Shown piece by piece: positions 1 through 11,961 of a stretch of 64,000 nucleotides of DNA (positions are counted from its first letter, which is position 1; every line of letters starts with the position of its first letter). Both the position numbers and the translations under genes were made by a program. Origin of the DNA: Psammoneis japonica (taxonomy: Eukaryota); contig QPGO01000064.1 in the NCBI GenBank assembly GCA_008632985.1, positions 186,001 to 250,000 of the forward strand, given 5' to 3'. The notes beneath the pieces are model-generated. The model saw nothing but the letters and a program-made list of their open reading frames with translations, did not search any database and was not told the origin of the DNA.

Positions 1-676
1 TGAAGATTTGCGACTTTCACTTTGCAAAGAAAGTCCTGTACGAGAATTCTTTACAAACTCAGTGCGGAACTGAGGGTTATGTTGCGCCGGAGATCTTGCA
101 GCACCACCCGGCGTACGGTACACAATGCGATATGTGGTCTTTGGGCGTTGGTGAGCTTGACGTTTTCACTTTCGCATACAATATGCTTCGTTCGTTCCGT
201 CTTACGAGTTCGTATTATTTTGTCTGATTCTTGTGTAGTCCTTTATATTGTACTGGGGGGATATCGCCCGTTCCGTGGTAGCGGTGATGTGCTGATGCGA
301 CAAATTCGGTATGGCGAATACGAGTTTCATCCAAAGTATTGGAACCACGTTTCAGACGAGGCAATGAATCTCATTTCGTCCCTATTGACAGTCGACCCGT
401 CAAAACGTGCAACTGCTTCACAAGCACTGAGGAGCTCGTGGATGACAATGGGAAGTGAGAAGCTGACTGCCGATTTGAATCCGAATCTTGAAAAGTTACG
501 GAAGGATTTTGATCCGACACATACCTTTCGGGGTGCTGTCAAATCGGTACGTACTACGCCGCGGCGTGTCTCGCCTTTTTGTGCGTGCTATATTAATTTG
601 ACCGGTTCTACCACTAACGTTTTGCTCATTCCGCGAACAGGTTATGTTGGCTCAACAGCTTAAAAATTATTTCTAG
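1..676 (+). CDS. CAMK-family Ser/Thr protein kinase, 3' part (exons ~3-150, 239-546, 641-676)
   Basis: From nt 3 the frame reads KICDFHFAKK..TQCGTEGYVAPEIL..YGTQCDMWSLGV. GT-AG introns at 151-238 and 547-640. Then LYIVLGGYRPF..W..VSDEA.NLIS.LL.VDP.KR.TA.QAL. Confidence 0.85.
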
Positions 677-888
677 AGAGAGGCTCGGTAACATTGCTTC
701 AAAGCCTCTTAACAAATCAAAATGCATTTTCAAAGCGACGTCATTTTGGCTTTCAAAGATAGAATGCGGCGTTTCAATCCCGTCCTTGTTTGTCACAGAA
801 CGTCCCGAATATCACTCTTGCGCTGTAATTCAAAAGACCCTAACCGCGCAAATGCGACATGTTCGTATTGGAAACCAACAAACAAACC

Positions 889-1881
889 CTACAGATCCAC
901 AACGTGGCAAAATGGACCCATATCAGAAACCATTTCTAGTGCTTGTCTGCGGGCAGTCGTGAGATGAGCGAGATCAGCAAAGAATGCATGGCATATGGTA
1001 TGAGTCACACACGCTCGTTTACAAAACCTACAGATTGCCAAAGCTACCGGAAACCACGTGAATAAAAGTATCGTCCAACAAGGAAGACAACGTCGGCTGC
1101 GACTCGTCTTTTCCTTGTTGCTTTGGTTTGTCTGGAGAAGAGCCTTGTGTTTTGACGTACTTGTCATGGCGTTTCACCTGAGCTTCGTATTGCTTTGTGA
1201 GCTTCTTCCTGGCTGACTTGGTGAGGGGTTCTTATCCTTGGTCAATGGAATGCCTCTTTCATCCCATGAATCGTATCCTTCCAGAAACATTTCACTAGGA
1301 GGAACGCTGGCATCTATCGTTGCAGTGTTCTTCTTTGGAGACAACAGAGCATAGACAATGTTTGGGAGGGCCTCGTCGCGACACATACATTGATGTTGAA
1401 TGACTTCAGCTTGTGTGTACTTAACGAATTCTTCATAAAACTCCCTACCACGCTGCTTTTCAATCTGACCATGGTACTGAATTGACTTTCCCGTATTCTT
1501 GACCTTGGAGATTAGGTTTGCTTGCGGAACTATAACTACAGTTACGGATGAGACGTTGCTTCTGTCGTCATCACTTTGTTTGGAAGCAAGTTCGAGTACG
1601 CTTTTTGTATCTTCCCCATCACCCCACGCCCCTCTCGCTAACACTGGCAAGTTCAGAATCGTTTTTGCCGCTTGCTGCACCCGCTGCACTGTTGCCGTCG
1701 CGCTAAAGGACACGTAAACCAAAAGCCCGACATGATTGCTGTTTTTGTCGCCAACCTGAAGTGTGTTTTGATCTACCGAAAGAGACGCTTGACGAAACCG
1801 CTGCACAACAAGACGAATCTGCGGCGCTGCTCGTTCAGTGGTGGAAGCCGAGGGATCTTTGTTTGAGGGCTCATCCATCAT
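889..1881 (-). CDS. DTD2: D-aminoacyl-tRNA deacylase (DTD2-like) with an inserted CysRS C-terminal-like segment; one frameshift (~1232) and one intron (~1031-949)
   Basis: IRLVVQRFRQASL, GLLVYVSF, VIVPQANL, IQYH motifs. After the frameshift and a GTAGGT..CAG intron the C-terminus reads VVSGSFGNLQALEMVSDMGPFCHVVDL*, matching the DTD GxFGN-Q..GP end. Confidence 0.75.
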
Positions 1882-2161
1882 TGTCAAACACGATTGTTGC
1901 GGTGCGGCGCCGCAGGCACTCGCAGCGCGCAGCGGCTCATCACCCGCGGTCCGTGCCGTCCAAAAAATGGGCATTGCGCTCGTTGTGATGTTTTCGTTGA
2001 GATAAGCTCCGCGCAGACGCAACGTGAACTTGGAATCGCTCGAACCCAACTGATTCGACGAAAGTCTATGTGGCGGCAGACGACTAGTTAAACAACAAGA
2101 TGAATGAATGGAGATTATAGTGGAGAGGATTATGCGAATGAGTCATACTAGAAGTGAAGGA

Positions 2162-3587
2162 CTACAACTCGCCCTCACTAGAGCCAGCAAAAACGGTAGA
2201 GTCTTCATCCAATACATCCTTCTGCATGGTATGCATCCACGCCACCCCGACAAAAAACCCGCACAACAGAATATACATGTCGGCCCGTAAGTTGGTCCAC
2301 ACCTTGTACAAGGTGACGGCGGTAGGAAACATTCCCGTCAGGAATTGAATCACCATGCCCTTGGCCATTGCCAAAATATCCTTTGACTGTTTCTTTTCAG
2401 GAACCGTCAAGTCACCTCCCAAACGCTGAGTGGCTTGACGAACGACCAATGCCAACAAGCAAAAGACGGGAGGAGTCTGGAGAAGCAAGGACGGCAACTG
2501 CCACAGCGTTTTCGCAATCTTGACGGGCATTTCATAAAAGATGAATAGGTTGAGGCGATGAACTCGTACTGCAAAGCGTGTGGCCATAAAGAATAGTCCA
2601 TCGCCCTTGGTTAGTTCATCTAGATCAACCCGAACAAGGGATCCAAATTCTCTTCCTTGACAACGACCTTTGGTGCTGCTTTTTTCACTGTCTTGGGAGG
2701 AGGTGAAGGTGCCTGCTCAGGAGAAGCAGGGGCAGTGTCTGCCGTATCCTCTGATTGAGTCTCAACGTTTTCCTCCTCTACTTCATCGTCTTCTTCTTGC
2801 GATTCGAATTCGTCAAACTCGTCTCCTACTCTGCTTGTTCGACAGTTGCAGAAAGTGGGTCCATGTTACTGGTCTCAAACAGCTCCTTGATATCTGTGGG
2901 ACCCGACGATGCCTGTAAAATGCCAAGTCCATTTTCAGACGGAGATAATTTCCAATGAACCATATTCACTTCTAAAGGACTGTGTTGAAACAGCCCGACT
3001 TGCAAGCCAGACGCAAACAAAATCAAAATAGAAGAGAGTTGCATAACAACGTACGCAAGAGGCACATTTTGGGACGGCGCTGCGGGTAAAACATCCTGTG
3101 GTTTGGTAACGTCAGGCTCCTGTGCTGCTTCTGCTGCCTTCTTTTCCTGTATCATTTTGCGTCTCATGCGTGCAACTCCCTGATACTTTCTCTGCTCTCC
3201 CGTGCTTGTGTTATCCGTTGATGTGGTTGCAGTCGTACTTGTGGTTGCAGGCGCAGGGCGTACTTCTGTTGTGGTTTCGGTAACCGCAGGCTCTTCTACA
3301 GCTGGTTCCTCCTTCTTATCCTCCTCCTTTGTCCCTTCAGTCGACTCCTCCTGAGTCGTTGCAGCAACTTCCTTTTTCTTCTGCTGGGCCATGCGCCTAC
3401 GTCTCATGGCTAGAGTGCCTCGATTATTTGCAGCAGCAGACTCTGCGGCGTTTTCTTCTGGCTTTCCACCCGACACGACGCCCATACGTTGACCTCGATT
3501 ATCCATAATACGACGTCGACGAGCCTCGGCAGCTGCACGAGCTGCTTGTGCTTGGTCATCGGATGGTGCATCATCTCCGACCGCCAT
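2162..3587 (-). CDS. GET2/CAML-like ER membrane protein; two apparent single-base frameshifts (~2830, ~2630)
   Basis: N-terminal AAEARRRRIMDNRGQRMGVVSG resembles the Get2/CAML basic motif. It is followed by a disordered linker and C-terminal hydrophobic helices. ORF pieces 2826-3587, an acidic middle frame and 2162-2587 join with one-base corrections. Confidence 0.55.
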
Positions 3588-3812
3588 GGTGATGTATTAT
3601 TTGGAGCTTTGTGATGGTGGATATCGCAGGATTTGACACGCGTAGGATTTCCACGTAAGCTTTGTACTTGAAAAAGCCACTACGATTTTTACATGATGCT
3701 ACTGTACGTAGAAGCTGTACGATGAGGTACGAAAATTTCAAAATAGTGGAGGGAGTTTTGCAGTTTTTAACATTTCTTTATATATTGAAATTTCACGGGT
3801 CGTCAGTACGTT

Positions 3813-3894
3813 GACGCCGTGGCCGAGCGGTTAAGGCGATGCACTCGAAATGCATTGGAGTTTCTCCGCGCACGTTCGAATCGTGCCGGCGTCG
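3813..3894 (+). tRNA. tRNA-Ser, anticodon CGA
   Basis: GACGCCG..CGGCGTC acceptor stem, TGGCCGAGCGGTTAAGG D-arm, ATGCA-CTCGAAA-TGCAT anticodon arm, long variable arm GGAGTTTCTCC, GTTCGAATC T-loop, downstream T-run. Confidence 0.95.
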
Positions 3895-4109
3895 TCTTTT
3901 GGCCTTTATTCTACAACTTTGATCTTCAGTTTTGGCTTTTTACGTTGCCATGCAAGCTTCGCTAGCTAGGGTGGATGCGAGATGGTTTTATGATCCATTT
4001 TTGTGCTTTTTAAACACGTCTGGAGCCTACACGCAATAGACAACATACTAAATTTTATTCTACCTTGCCAATCCACAGCCGACCCAAACCAAAACCAACA
4101 ATAAATGAC

Positions 4110-5393
4110 TCAATGTCGCTTGAATTTCCAAGTAACACAGGCTTGTTCACGCGTCTTGTCGTTGGGATGAAAGGTCGATCTGCAAACCAACACTTGACCG
4201 TGTTCCGGGTCGTCCTCTATGAATCTCGCACTCTCAAAGTCGCCGCCGCCGTACTTTGTACCACCACGCAACCATGACTTGTGGACCGTCCCCTTCTTTT
4301 CCCACCAAGCCTCGGCCTTGACAATCTCATCATCGGCCGTAATGATATCCTCCACGTGCGGATCGGAAAAGACCTTTTCGCTTTCCCTGAGGGACGTCAC
4401 GAGCGTTCGGTCCCAAACACCACGAGCGTTTCGACCTCGAATCAACAATTCCCGCCCATCGTTCTTTTGAATGGTTTCTTCCGTCGTCATGCCGACAATA
4501 GAGAGCGCCACCGATCGTACCAAGAGTGGTTGACCCAGCTTTTTCAAGTAATCATCATATTCCTTCTTGAACGGTTCTGAGATGATCATGCTCCAATTTC
4601 CCGAGAGATTCACACCGGAAGCCGCGACCGCCCACTTGGCTGCAGGGTCGGTTGTATCAATAAGCTGTTCTGTCGTTTCCTTGGGTCGTTCCAATGTGGC
4701 TGTCGAGGTTGTTACTCGTGTTTCTGTTTCAATCTCGGCAGCGCTACTGGAAGCCGTTGAAGCAGCTACAGAAGGAGGAGGAGAAGAGGTCGTCAAGACC
4801 TTTCCATTGGTTTCCATACTTTCTTCTGCCACTGCTATTGGTTCTTCATGAACGCTTTCATAAAGCTTTTGAACATTCTTGGCGAGAGATTCATGATTGC
4901 CGGTCGTATCCTTCTCGTTTGCTTTTCGTTTAAACAATTTCGCTACAAGCTTGATCAAGGCACGAATCGGACTCGCAATATACTTGTTCAAGACAGCCAA
5001 GAACGATGTCCATATCTTTTTCAAGGCACCGTTATTTTTTTCATCCTTATTGTTGGACGGAGAAGCGCCATTATTGCTTGTAGCAGCCGATGTCGCCCAC
5101 AAGCATGAGCGATTGTTACAGTACGAAGCGGGAGGACCACGACGGCTACAAATGTGTTGTGTTGCGGCCCACGAGACGGTATTAACAGCTTTGTGAACCA
5201 GTTCATATCCATCTTGGAATGGTCTTGATCGTGTCGTCATATAATTTGTTTGGGAGTTGGGTGGCGAGGCAAATATGGAGATTCTGGTCCCAACGCGACT
5301 GTGCTTTCTTGATGCAAACTCGACATTGTTCGGAGAAAAGGCTATAGCAACCATTACTGTTGCCATGCATACGAGCAGAAACAGAGATCTCAT
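4110..5393 (-). CDS. Putative plastid-targeted protein with a beta-barrel (lipocalin/FABP-like) C-terminal domain
   Basis: Signal peptide MRSLFLLVCMATVMVAIA-FSP (ASAFAP-like cleavage) plus transit-like region. C-terminus NLSGNW..YDDYLKKLG. Long clean ORF. Confidence 0.6.
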   Translation of the reverse strand: MRSLFLLVCMATVMVAIAFSPNNVEFASRKHSRVGTRISIFASPPNSQTNYMTTRSRPFQDGYELVHKAVNTVSWAATQHICSRRGPPASYCNNRSCLWATSAATSNNGASPSNNKDEKNNGALKKIWTSFLAVLNKYIASPIRALIKLVAKLFKRKANEKDTTGNHESLAKNVQKLYESVHEEPIAVAEESMETNGKVLTTSSPPPSVAASTASSSAAEIETETRVTTSTATLERPKETTEQLIDTTDPAAKWAVAASGVNLSGNWSMIISEPFKKEYDDYLKKLGQPLLVRSVALSIVGMTTEETIQKNDGRELLIRGRNARGVWDRTLVTSLRESEKVFSDPHVEDIITADDEIVKAEAWWEKKGTVHKSWLRGGTKYGGGDFESARFIEDDPEHGQVLVCRSTFHPNDKTREQACVTWKFKRH

Positions 5394-5933
5394 GCTATTG
5401 GCTGCTGTTGCTAGTTCGTCATTGTGATGGCAAGAAGCGATGCTCTCCACGTGGAGGGGAGCAGATTCTCGACTAAAGATTATTCAGGGAGAAAAGACTG
5501 CGCACTTCTGCTGTTGTGGGTCAATCCGTCCACCAGTGAAGATCAAAGGCACTTCAATCTCTTGCAATATGGATCAGATATGACAACTCGCCCATGTATT
5601 ACACCAACACCTTCTGCTCCCAACAACACATTCACTCGATGGCGATGCGATGAGCTGATGGGCTGATCCTCGTTGTTCATCCTTCGAGGATCGATACGAT
5701 CGAATCTTACGTAGAAACCCCGTGAAGCAGTACCGGTGATGACACGCCCAGACAACTTCAAGGTGGTGAGATTGGTTGGTCACCTCGCCTTTGGGAAGAG
5801 GTGGCAGCCAAGCGCACAAATGACGTGCTGACGCAGTCGCATTTTTGTCTCACTTTTTTCTTTTTTCTGCTTCCGACTGTTTGACGACACGATAGCAAAA
5901 CGAGGTCTGCTGGCTGTTGTACTTGCTTTGACC

Positions 5934-6747
5934 ATGAGAAATTCATTCGTTGTTGCATCCTTATGGATGTCGACGTTCTGTGTCAACACTGCAAGTAGTT
6001 TCGCAATTGGATCCGTTTCAGGAACCTCGAAGAGACTCGGCACGGAACTTTGGGGAAATGGCGGGCAACTTTCCGCCACCACCGAGTGTCCGCTGCTCCC
6101 ACCACCCGCCGATTTGGATTCAACGGCTCAGTTCGCCATGGGATGATTTTGGTAAGAGAATGTCCAGTATTCAACAAACTCTCGCAGTTGACGTGTTCAC
6201 GATTTGCGCTCATGCTACCCTTCAATCTCTGCTCTTGTGAACAAAAACTCAGGGGCCCTCAACGCGATTTCGATCGTGTCGAGGGCATTGTAGACACTGT
6301 AGTGGGATACAGTGGATCGAGTGACCCACAAAAGTTTCCAAACCCAACATACAAGAGCATCAAAGATTGTAAGTTGAGAGAAAAAGAGTGAGAGAGGTAT
6401 TATGCTGCCAACTCCGAACTGTGTGAGAAGTGAGAAACAAGCTCACCATAAACCCTTTTTTTTCAAATGCTTCAGACGCCGAAACCATTCGCGTCCATTT
6501 TGATGCAAACAAACTCGATTATAACGAACTGCTAAAAATGTTCTTTTCCTTTCATACTCCGGCCAACCCCAAGTGGTCTGGAACTCAATACCGATCCGCT
6601 ATTTTTTGTTTTACTCCCGAGCAAAAGGAGTTGGCCTTGCAAGCCGTCAAAGAGTGGGATGCCATGGGGAAATTTGTCGCGGTGGAAGATGCCACAGAGT
6701 TTTACAAGGCTGAAGAATATCATCAAAAGTATATCGACAAATACTAA
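5934..6747 (+). CDS. MSRA: Peptide methionine sulfoxide reductase A, selenocysteine form (exons 5934-6151, 6253-6368, 6476-6747; Sec TGA at 6144-6146)
   Basis: Spliced reading AQFAMG-TGA-FWGPQ places TGA at the catalytic Cys of GCFW. Also VVGYSG, PTY, AETIRVHFD, TQYRSAIF, FYKAEEYHQKY. Confidence 0.9.
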
Positions 6748-6854
6748 GGTTGAATGCCGTGGATTTGGTGTTGAGTGGAGATACTTGTACTAGTTATGAC
6801 CAAACATTCAACCTTGCCTTGGAAAAGAGGGAGATTGGGAAGCAGAGAATATAC

Positions 6855-6942
6855 TCTTTCAACGTTTTGCGAATGACGAGTGGGTTGTCCTTGCCGAATG
6901 AGAGCGGGGCGGCTCAATCTGAGAGTCAAGACGAGAAAGAGA
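6855..6942 (+). promoter_or_regulatory. Candidate SECIS element in the MsrA 3' UTR
   Basis: ATGAC (6873) ... TGAG (6920) core. Upper stem GGGTTGTCCTTGC/GCGGGGCGGCTC with an AA-containing loop; lower helix TCTTTC..CGTTTTG/CAAGACG..GAAAGA. Folded by eye. Confidence 0.7.
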
Positions 6943-7119
6943 CTGTCTCCGTCATACCTTTGGCCAAGTTCATTTACCAAACAGACTATAAATGAAACAA
7001 TACGAACTACTCATTATGTAAGTCACTGTATCCGATGATCGTCACTGTCGAATACCAACCAAATATTCAGTCAATCCCAAATCTTCATCACCCCTTCCCC
7101 TCCCCAACATCTGTTGCAA

Positions 7120-7560
7120 TTACTGACTTGCCGCCGTCTTCTTCGCCTCATGCTCCGCGATGACATCCTTTGCAATGAATCCAATCTCCACATCTTTCTT
7201 CGACTTCTTTGCTTCCCGCCTTTCAAGGATATCTTGCTCGATGAAACCAACTGGAACTTCCGCAGCAGCCCTCTTGGCTTTCTTACTTGCCTCTGCCGCT
7301 TCGAGAGCCTTGGCTTGAGCCGCTTTGATTGCTGCGTCCTTGGCTTCATGCTCTCGTTTCACATCTTGCCCAATGAACCCCACAGGAATTGCCGCAGCAG
7401 CAGCATGGGCTTCTTCCGCTTTCTTCTCGGCTTCCTCAGCGGCTTCACGAGCCTTCTTGATTGCCGCTTCCTTGGCTTCGTGCCTTGCTCGCACGTCCTG
7501 CCCAATGAAACCCATTGGTATCTCATCGCCCTTGCTCACTTCCTTCTCCACAACAGTCAT
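7120..7560 (-). CDS. Small Ala/Glu/Lys-rich protein with four [IV]P.GFI.QD[VI]...EAK repeats
   Basis: 146-aa ORF with an obvious internal repeat and coding-like composition. Confidence 0.7.
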   Translation of the reverse strand: MTVVEKEVSKGDEIPMGFIGQDVRARHEAKEAAIKKAREAAEEAEKKAEEAHAAAAAIPVGFIGQDVKREHEAKDAAIKAAQAKALEAAEASKKAKRAAAEVPVGFIEQDILERREAKKSKKDVEIGFIAKDVIAEHEAKKTAASQ

Positions 7561-7976
7561 CTTCTATTAACGAATCTTTTTCAGCAACAATCTTACAGAT
7601 AACTTCACTGTTCCTAATGATAAGACTGATTTGGAAAGCGACGTCGTGTCAAGCTGACACGACTGCTTTGGCTATGCGAACCCAAGACTTGCTGATCAGA
7701 TTTCGTTTGAATTAAAAATGAATATCCTCAAGCTTGTATAAAAGTATAATTTGGTCCTTCGTCTTGTGCGTTTTCGTCTTCAACTTCCCGCCAAAACACG
7801 GACACACATATCTACAGTATTAATATTTGTTCTCATCTCATTCGACGCTTCTTTGACCAAGCTGACAGCAACTGCAAAATATGAGAAACATTGTTGGAAA
7901 CTATAGAAAAATATTCAGTATGAATTATGCATGATTAGGAATAATCGAGTGATGAAAAGGATCGGGTTTGGAATCT

Positions 7977-9561
7977 CTAGTACCATGTCCAGAAAGCCGT
8001 ATTATGAAGGTGTGCCAAGTGACAAGTCTCGGCATACACCTCTTCATAAGGCTTTGGGTGATGATGCTGTGACAAGCAAAGCTCAAGGTCAACAACAGGC
8101 CGAATATCAAACTTCGATCCATAAAATGAACCTTCACCTGCAACCCAGCGCTGCTTAACGTTGTCAATGTCACAATATCGCATTTTAATACGATCACCCC
8201 CAACAAGTTCCATACAATAATCAGTGGTTCTCTCTCTGATTTGGCCCCCCTCTCCAGTAGTGGGAAACACAAACTCAAATTCTGTACTACCACTCCCGCA
8301 ATCATCAATTTTAACGTCGCCGTCGCTTCTCCTTTCCATGCAAAACTTCATTTCCTGGTGAGTCTCCTGCCAATAGAAATCGTAGTGCCAATAGAGACGT
8401 AAACGTTTATACGTTGGAGGAGGAGCGTCACCAGGATCGATGCAATAGTCCTTGCCAAATTCTCCGAAACCGCTGCATGGCAAACAAACAGAAAGTTAGG
8501 TTTTGAAAAAAGAGCAACAAGCTACACTAACGTGGATCAAGTTTTTTCAACCATACCTGCAACCCGGTACAGAATTATCTGAATTCCGGTGCCAGCATAT
8601 ATACTTTGTATCGCAATCAGAATCCGCGTCACACTGCAAGGTCAGAAACAATCAAGCAACGACGTATAACGCGTAAGGTAGTGAGAAAACAAGGAACGAA
8701 CCCGGGTGCGCAATCATTTAAAGGTACTCACATCTCCCTACAAAAGTAAAATAGTAAAAGTCGTCAGAGTCGGAGGAAGATTAGAATAATAAAAAACCGA
8801 GGATCATCACGATTTCGCAGCATTACTCACTTGGCAGTGATCAAGTGGAAAAGCTGCATCTGGCGATCCGTTGTCACCCGCCTTGAAGAGGGGAGGCAAG
8901 TTACCACTCTGTGTCTTCGGAGTAGGAGGTGGAGTTGGTGGAGGAGTAGAAGGACCGTCTGCGGGATCGAAACAATAATCAATTCCAGAGGCTCCTTCTC
9001 CACTATTGAATATTCGAAACAAAGGAAAGACTTGTAAGAAAAGATATTTCTGGAAGTAGGTACAGGACAGTGATAGAGAAATAGAGGCGACATACAGGCA
9101 ACCTGGAACTTCCTCTCTTCTTTTTCGAGAGAAGCATTTCAAAGGTCTGCAGTCCCAATCGCTATTACACTACAATATCGCAACGGGAGAGATGAGCAAA
9201 AAGCGAAAATCAAAACAACAAGAGACAAGAGCCTTGTCCCCAGAACATGGCACACTTACATCTCCTACAAGTAAAAATAGGAATTAGAAAAACATGTTAT
9301 TCTCAGCGTGTAAATGGTCCAGGTGACCGATCGACAAGCCTTCAATCCCTTACCTTGGCATCGTCCCAGCGGAAAAGTAACGTTCACGCCGTTCAAGCCA
9401 GATCCTTTGTAAGCAATAAAGTCAAGAGGGATTATAGGATTTAGCATTCGACGACCACCACGAAGTTGTGGATCATGATGGGAATCTTGATATGTTCCAG
9501 TCACGAAACAATATAGTCCGACATAAACGTACGATGCCACCTTGATAGAGTGTCTTGTCAT
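7977..9561 (-). CDS. Multi-exon secreted Cys-rich protein with a ricin-B-like C-terminal domain
   Basis: Signal-like N-terminus. Repeated PLG.CQGDCD.D.DC..L.CF..VPGC..DYC.DP modules split by introns. Last exon RLRLYW..WQE..CME..QRW..LCL. Confidence 0.6.
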
Positions 9562-10199
9562 TGTTTCGAAGCGAGAATGAATGACTTGTTGTAGTCGAAA
9601 AGAAGCAGATACGGGTATGGCTTTTGAGGCAACGACTGAAATTCATTTTTAAAAAGACTGGATTGAATCAGTTTTTCCAAGAACGGTATCGCATCTGCCA
9701 ACATCGGATGTCGGATGCTTCGCGAACTGTGACATCAGGTTGTCAAGTAGGTGATGGGATTAGAATTTGGCGCGGTTTCTTCTTCTCGTGCCAACAATCC
9801 GTTGATTTCAAACTTTGGAAACCGATAATTGAATTTGTTGAGGTTCCGGGACTTCCGTAGATTTTTGTAGGGGACTACCAAAAGTGAAAGTACTGAAAGA
9901 AGTATATAAAAAGAATTTTTTAAAATAGATTCGTATATGATATATGACCCCCGTCGGATGAGAGGAACAATCTTTTTTCCTCACGCGGTTTGAGACCCTC
10001 TTCTTCATCGGCGACAGTCGGCGCGACCAAACGTGCCTACACGGTAACTTGAATCTGCAATTTAAAAAGGTACATCATCGAATCACTACACATAATGGTC
10101 CCCTCGATGAGAATTCGATCCATCGAAGCGTGACTACTAGAGCCTGATATGGTTGTACGGTAAAGATTTAGTATGAATGATTGGTTCATACCAATGAGG

Positions 10200-11342
10200 T
10201 TAGGTGTGTTTCCAACCCGTTGGTCGCCTCCAGATTGCTTCAACTTGATCGGTACGATAGCGTTGAGTGCATTCCGTTTCCGATAAATCATGTGTCTGTC
10301 CAAACTGCAAGGCAAAGATTCCCGCTTGAGCAATCATGGCCCCATTGTCAATGCAGTATCTCGAGTCCATGGCACAAAGTGTACCGCCTCGATCCTTGAC
10401 CATGTCGGCCATCATTTCTTGTAAGCGCTTGTTACAACCAACACCACCCACAATAAGTACCTGCGACTGCCCGCAATGAGCCATGGCGCGTTCTGTGATT
10501 TCCACCAACATGGCAAAAAGAGTTTCTTGCAGGGAATAGCATAACATTGCCTTGGTGTGTGGCTCGCCTTTTGGATTCTTTACCAATTGTTCGACATGGG
10601 TCAATATACCAGAAAAGGACACGTCCATACCCTTTACAACATACGGTAGCTCCAACAGAGTTGATGTGTCTTGCACTTTTTTGGCTTCTTGTTCGATATT
10701 GTATCCCGGCGAAGGGTCGTTGGAGAGTCCAATAATGCGAGCAAATCGATCCAAACAATTCCCTATAGCAATATCAATTGTTTCTCCAAAGATTCGATAT
10801 CGTTGATTGGAATATGCAATGACTTGGGTGTTTCCACCCGACACATACAAGACAATCGGATCGGAACTCTGACAAACCACGCGTCCCATTTCAATGTGCC
10901 CGACACAGTGATTGACACACACCAGCGGTACGTCCCACAACAGCGCACACGTTCGAGCCGCAACGGCACAAGACTGCAACGGTGCTCCCATACCGGGTCC
11001 CTTGGTAAAGCAAATGGCCGAAATGTCTGACGAATCAATCTCGGCTTGATTCAAGGCACAACGAATGACGGCCGCAATGTGACGTTGATGATGCCAAGCG
11101 GTTTCCTTGGGTAAGAATCCATGACCCGTAGGAGCGATATACGTCTTGCGTGGGTTAGCCAGAGTTGTGTAGGTTCTTGCGGTGGGATCGTATGCAAGGA
11201 CTCCAACGCCAACCTTGTTGGCACTGCCTTCAATGCCCAGAACGATCGTTTGACCCTTGGAATTTACCTTGTGCTTCTGAGTACGAGGAAAAGGCAGATT
11301 ATCAATGGCATCAGCACTGCAGGGCGTATCTTCTTTGTTCAT
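10200..11342 (-). CDS. OSGEP: tRNA N6-adenosine threonylcarbamoyltransferase (Kae1/OSGEP)
   Basis: [65 protein letters not shown]. Confidence 0.97.
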   Translation of the reverse strand: MNKEDTPCSADAIDNLPFPRTQKHKVNSKGQTIVLGIEGSANKVGVGVLAYDPTARTYTTLANPRKTYIAPTGHGFLPKETAWHHQRHIAAVIRCALNQAEIDSSDISAICFTKGPGMGAPLQSCAVAARTCALLWDVPLVCVNHCVGHIEMGRVVCQSSDPIVLYVSGGNTQVIAYSNQRYRIFGETIDIAIGNCLDRFARIIGLSNDPSPGYNIEQEAKKVQDTSTLLELPYVVKGMDVSFSGILTHVEQLVKNPKGEPHTKAMLCYSLQETLFAMLVEITERAMAHCGQSQVLIVGGVGCNKRLQEMMADMVKDRGGTLCAMDSRYCIDNGAMIAQAGIFALQFGQTHDLSETECTQRYRTDQVEAIWRRPTGWKHT

Positions 11343-11961
11343 GGTGACGATTGATTGTGATTACAGTGTTGCTGGCGCATCAGTAAAGGGTACAGATTGG
11401 AAGATGGCAGCCGCAACAACCAACAACGAAATCTGTCATGGTGTAATCTGGAATCAACGTGCGTACCAAATGTTTTCCTTTAGTCTTGAATACAATTATT
11501 TTAGTAAAGAAGACTCTTATGTCTGGATAATTTTTCGTTGAATTTGTCATACCTTACGTTCAGTATGAGGATACGTCCACCGAACTCCCTCCGACGTAGT
11601 AACGGAAATCAGATCAAAATTTCGAAAAAATTCGATCACAATTCTCACCTCAAACTTCACGTACGAGTAGAGCTTTCTACTCTACTCTAGCTAGAGAGTA
11701 GCTGCGGTACAGAGTACAGAGTTGAGAGAAACGGATAGTAGCTGATTATCTCCCGTGTAGAGTGACACTATAAACTGAAGTGACAGCGGAACCCATGGTT
11801 TTCTGAATGGCAAAGCTCTCTATGTACGGTGTACGGTAGAAAGGAAGCCCTGCGAAGCGGCGGTTGGTTCGGGTATGGGTGGACGATGTAGATCACACTG
11901 ACGGCTGCAAGTCTAGATAAAGCTGCCACCTACCACCCCATTGTATAATTATTTTAAATAG

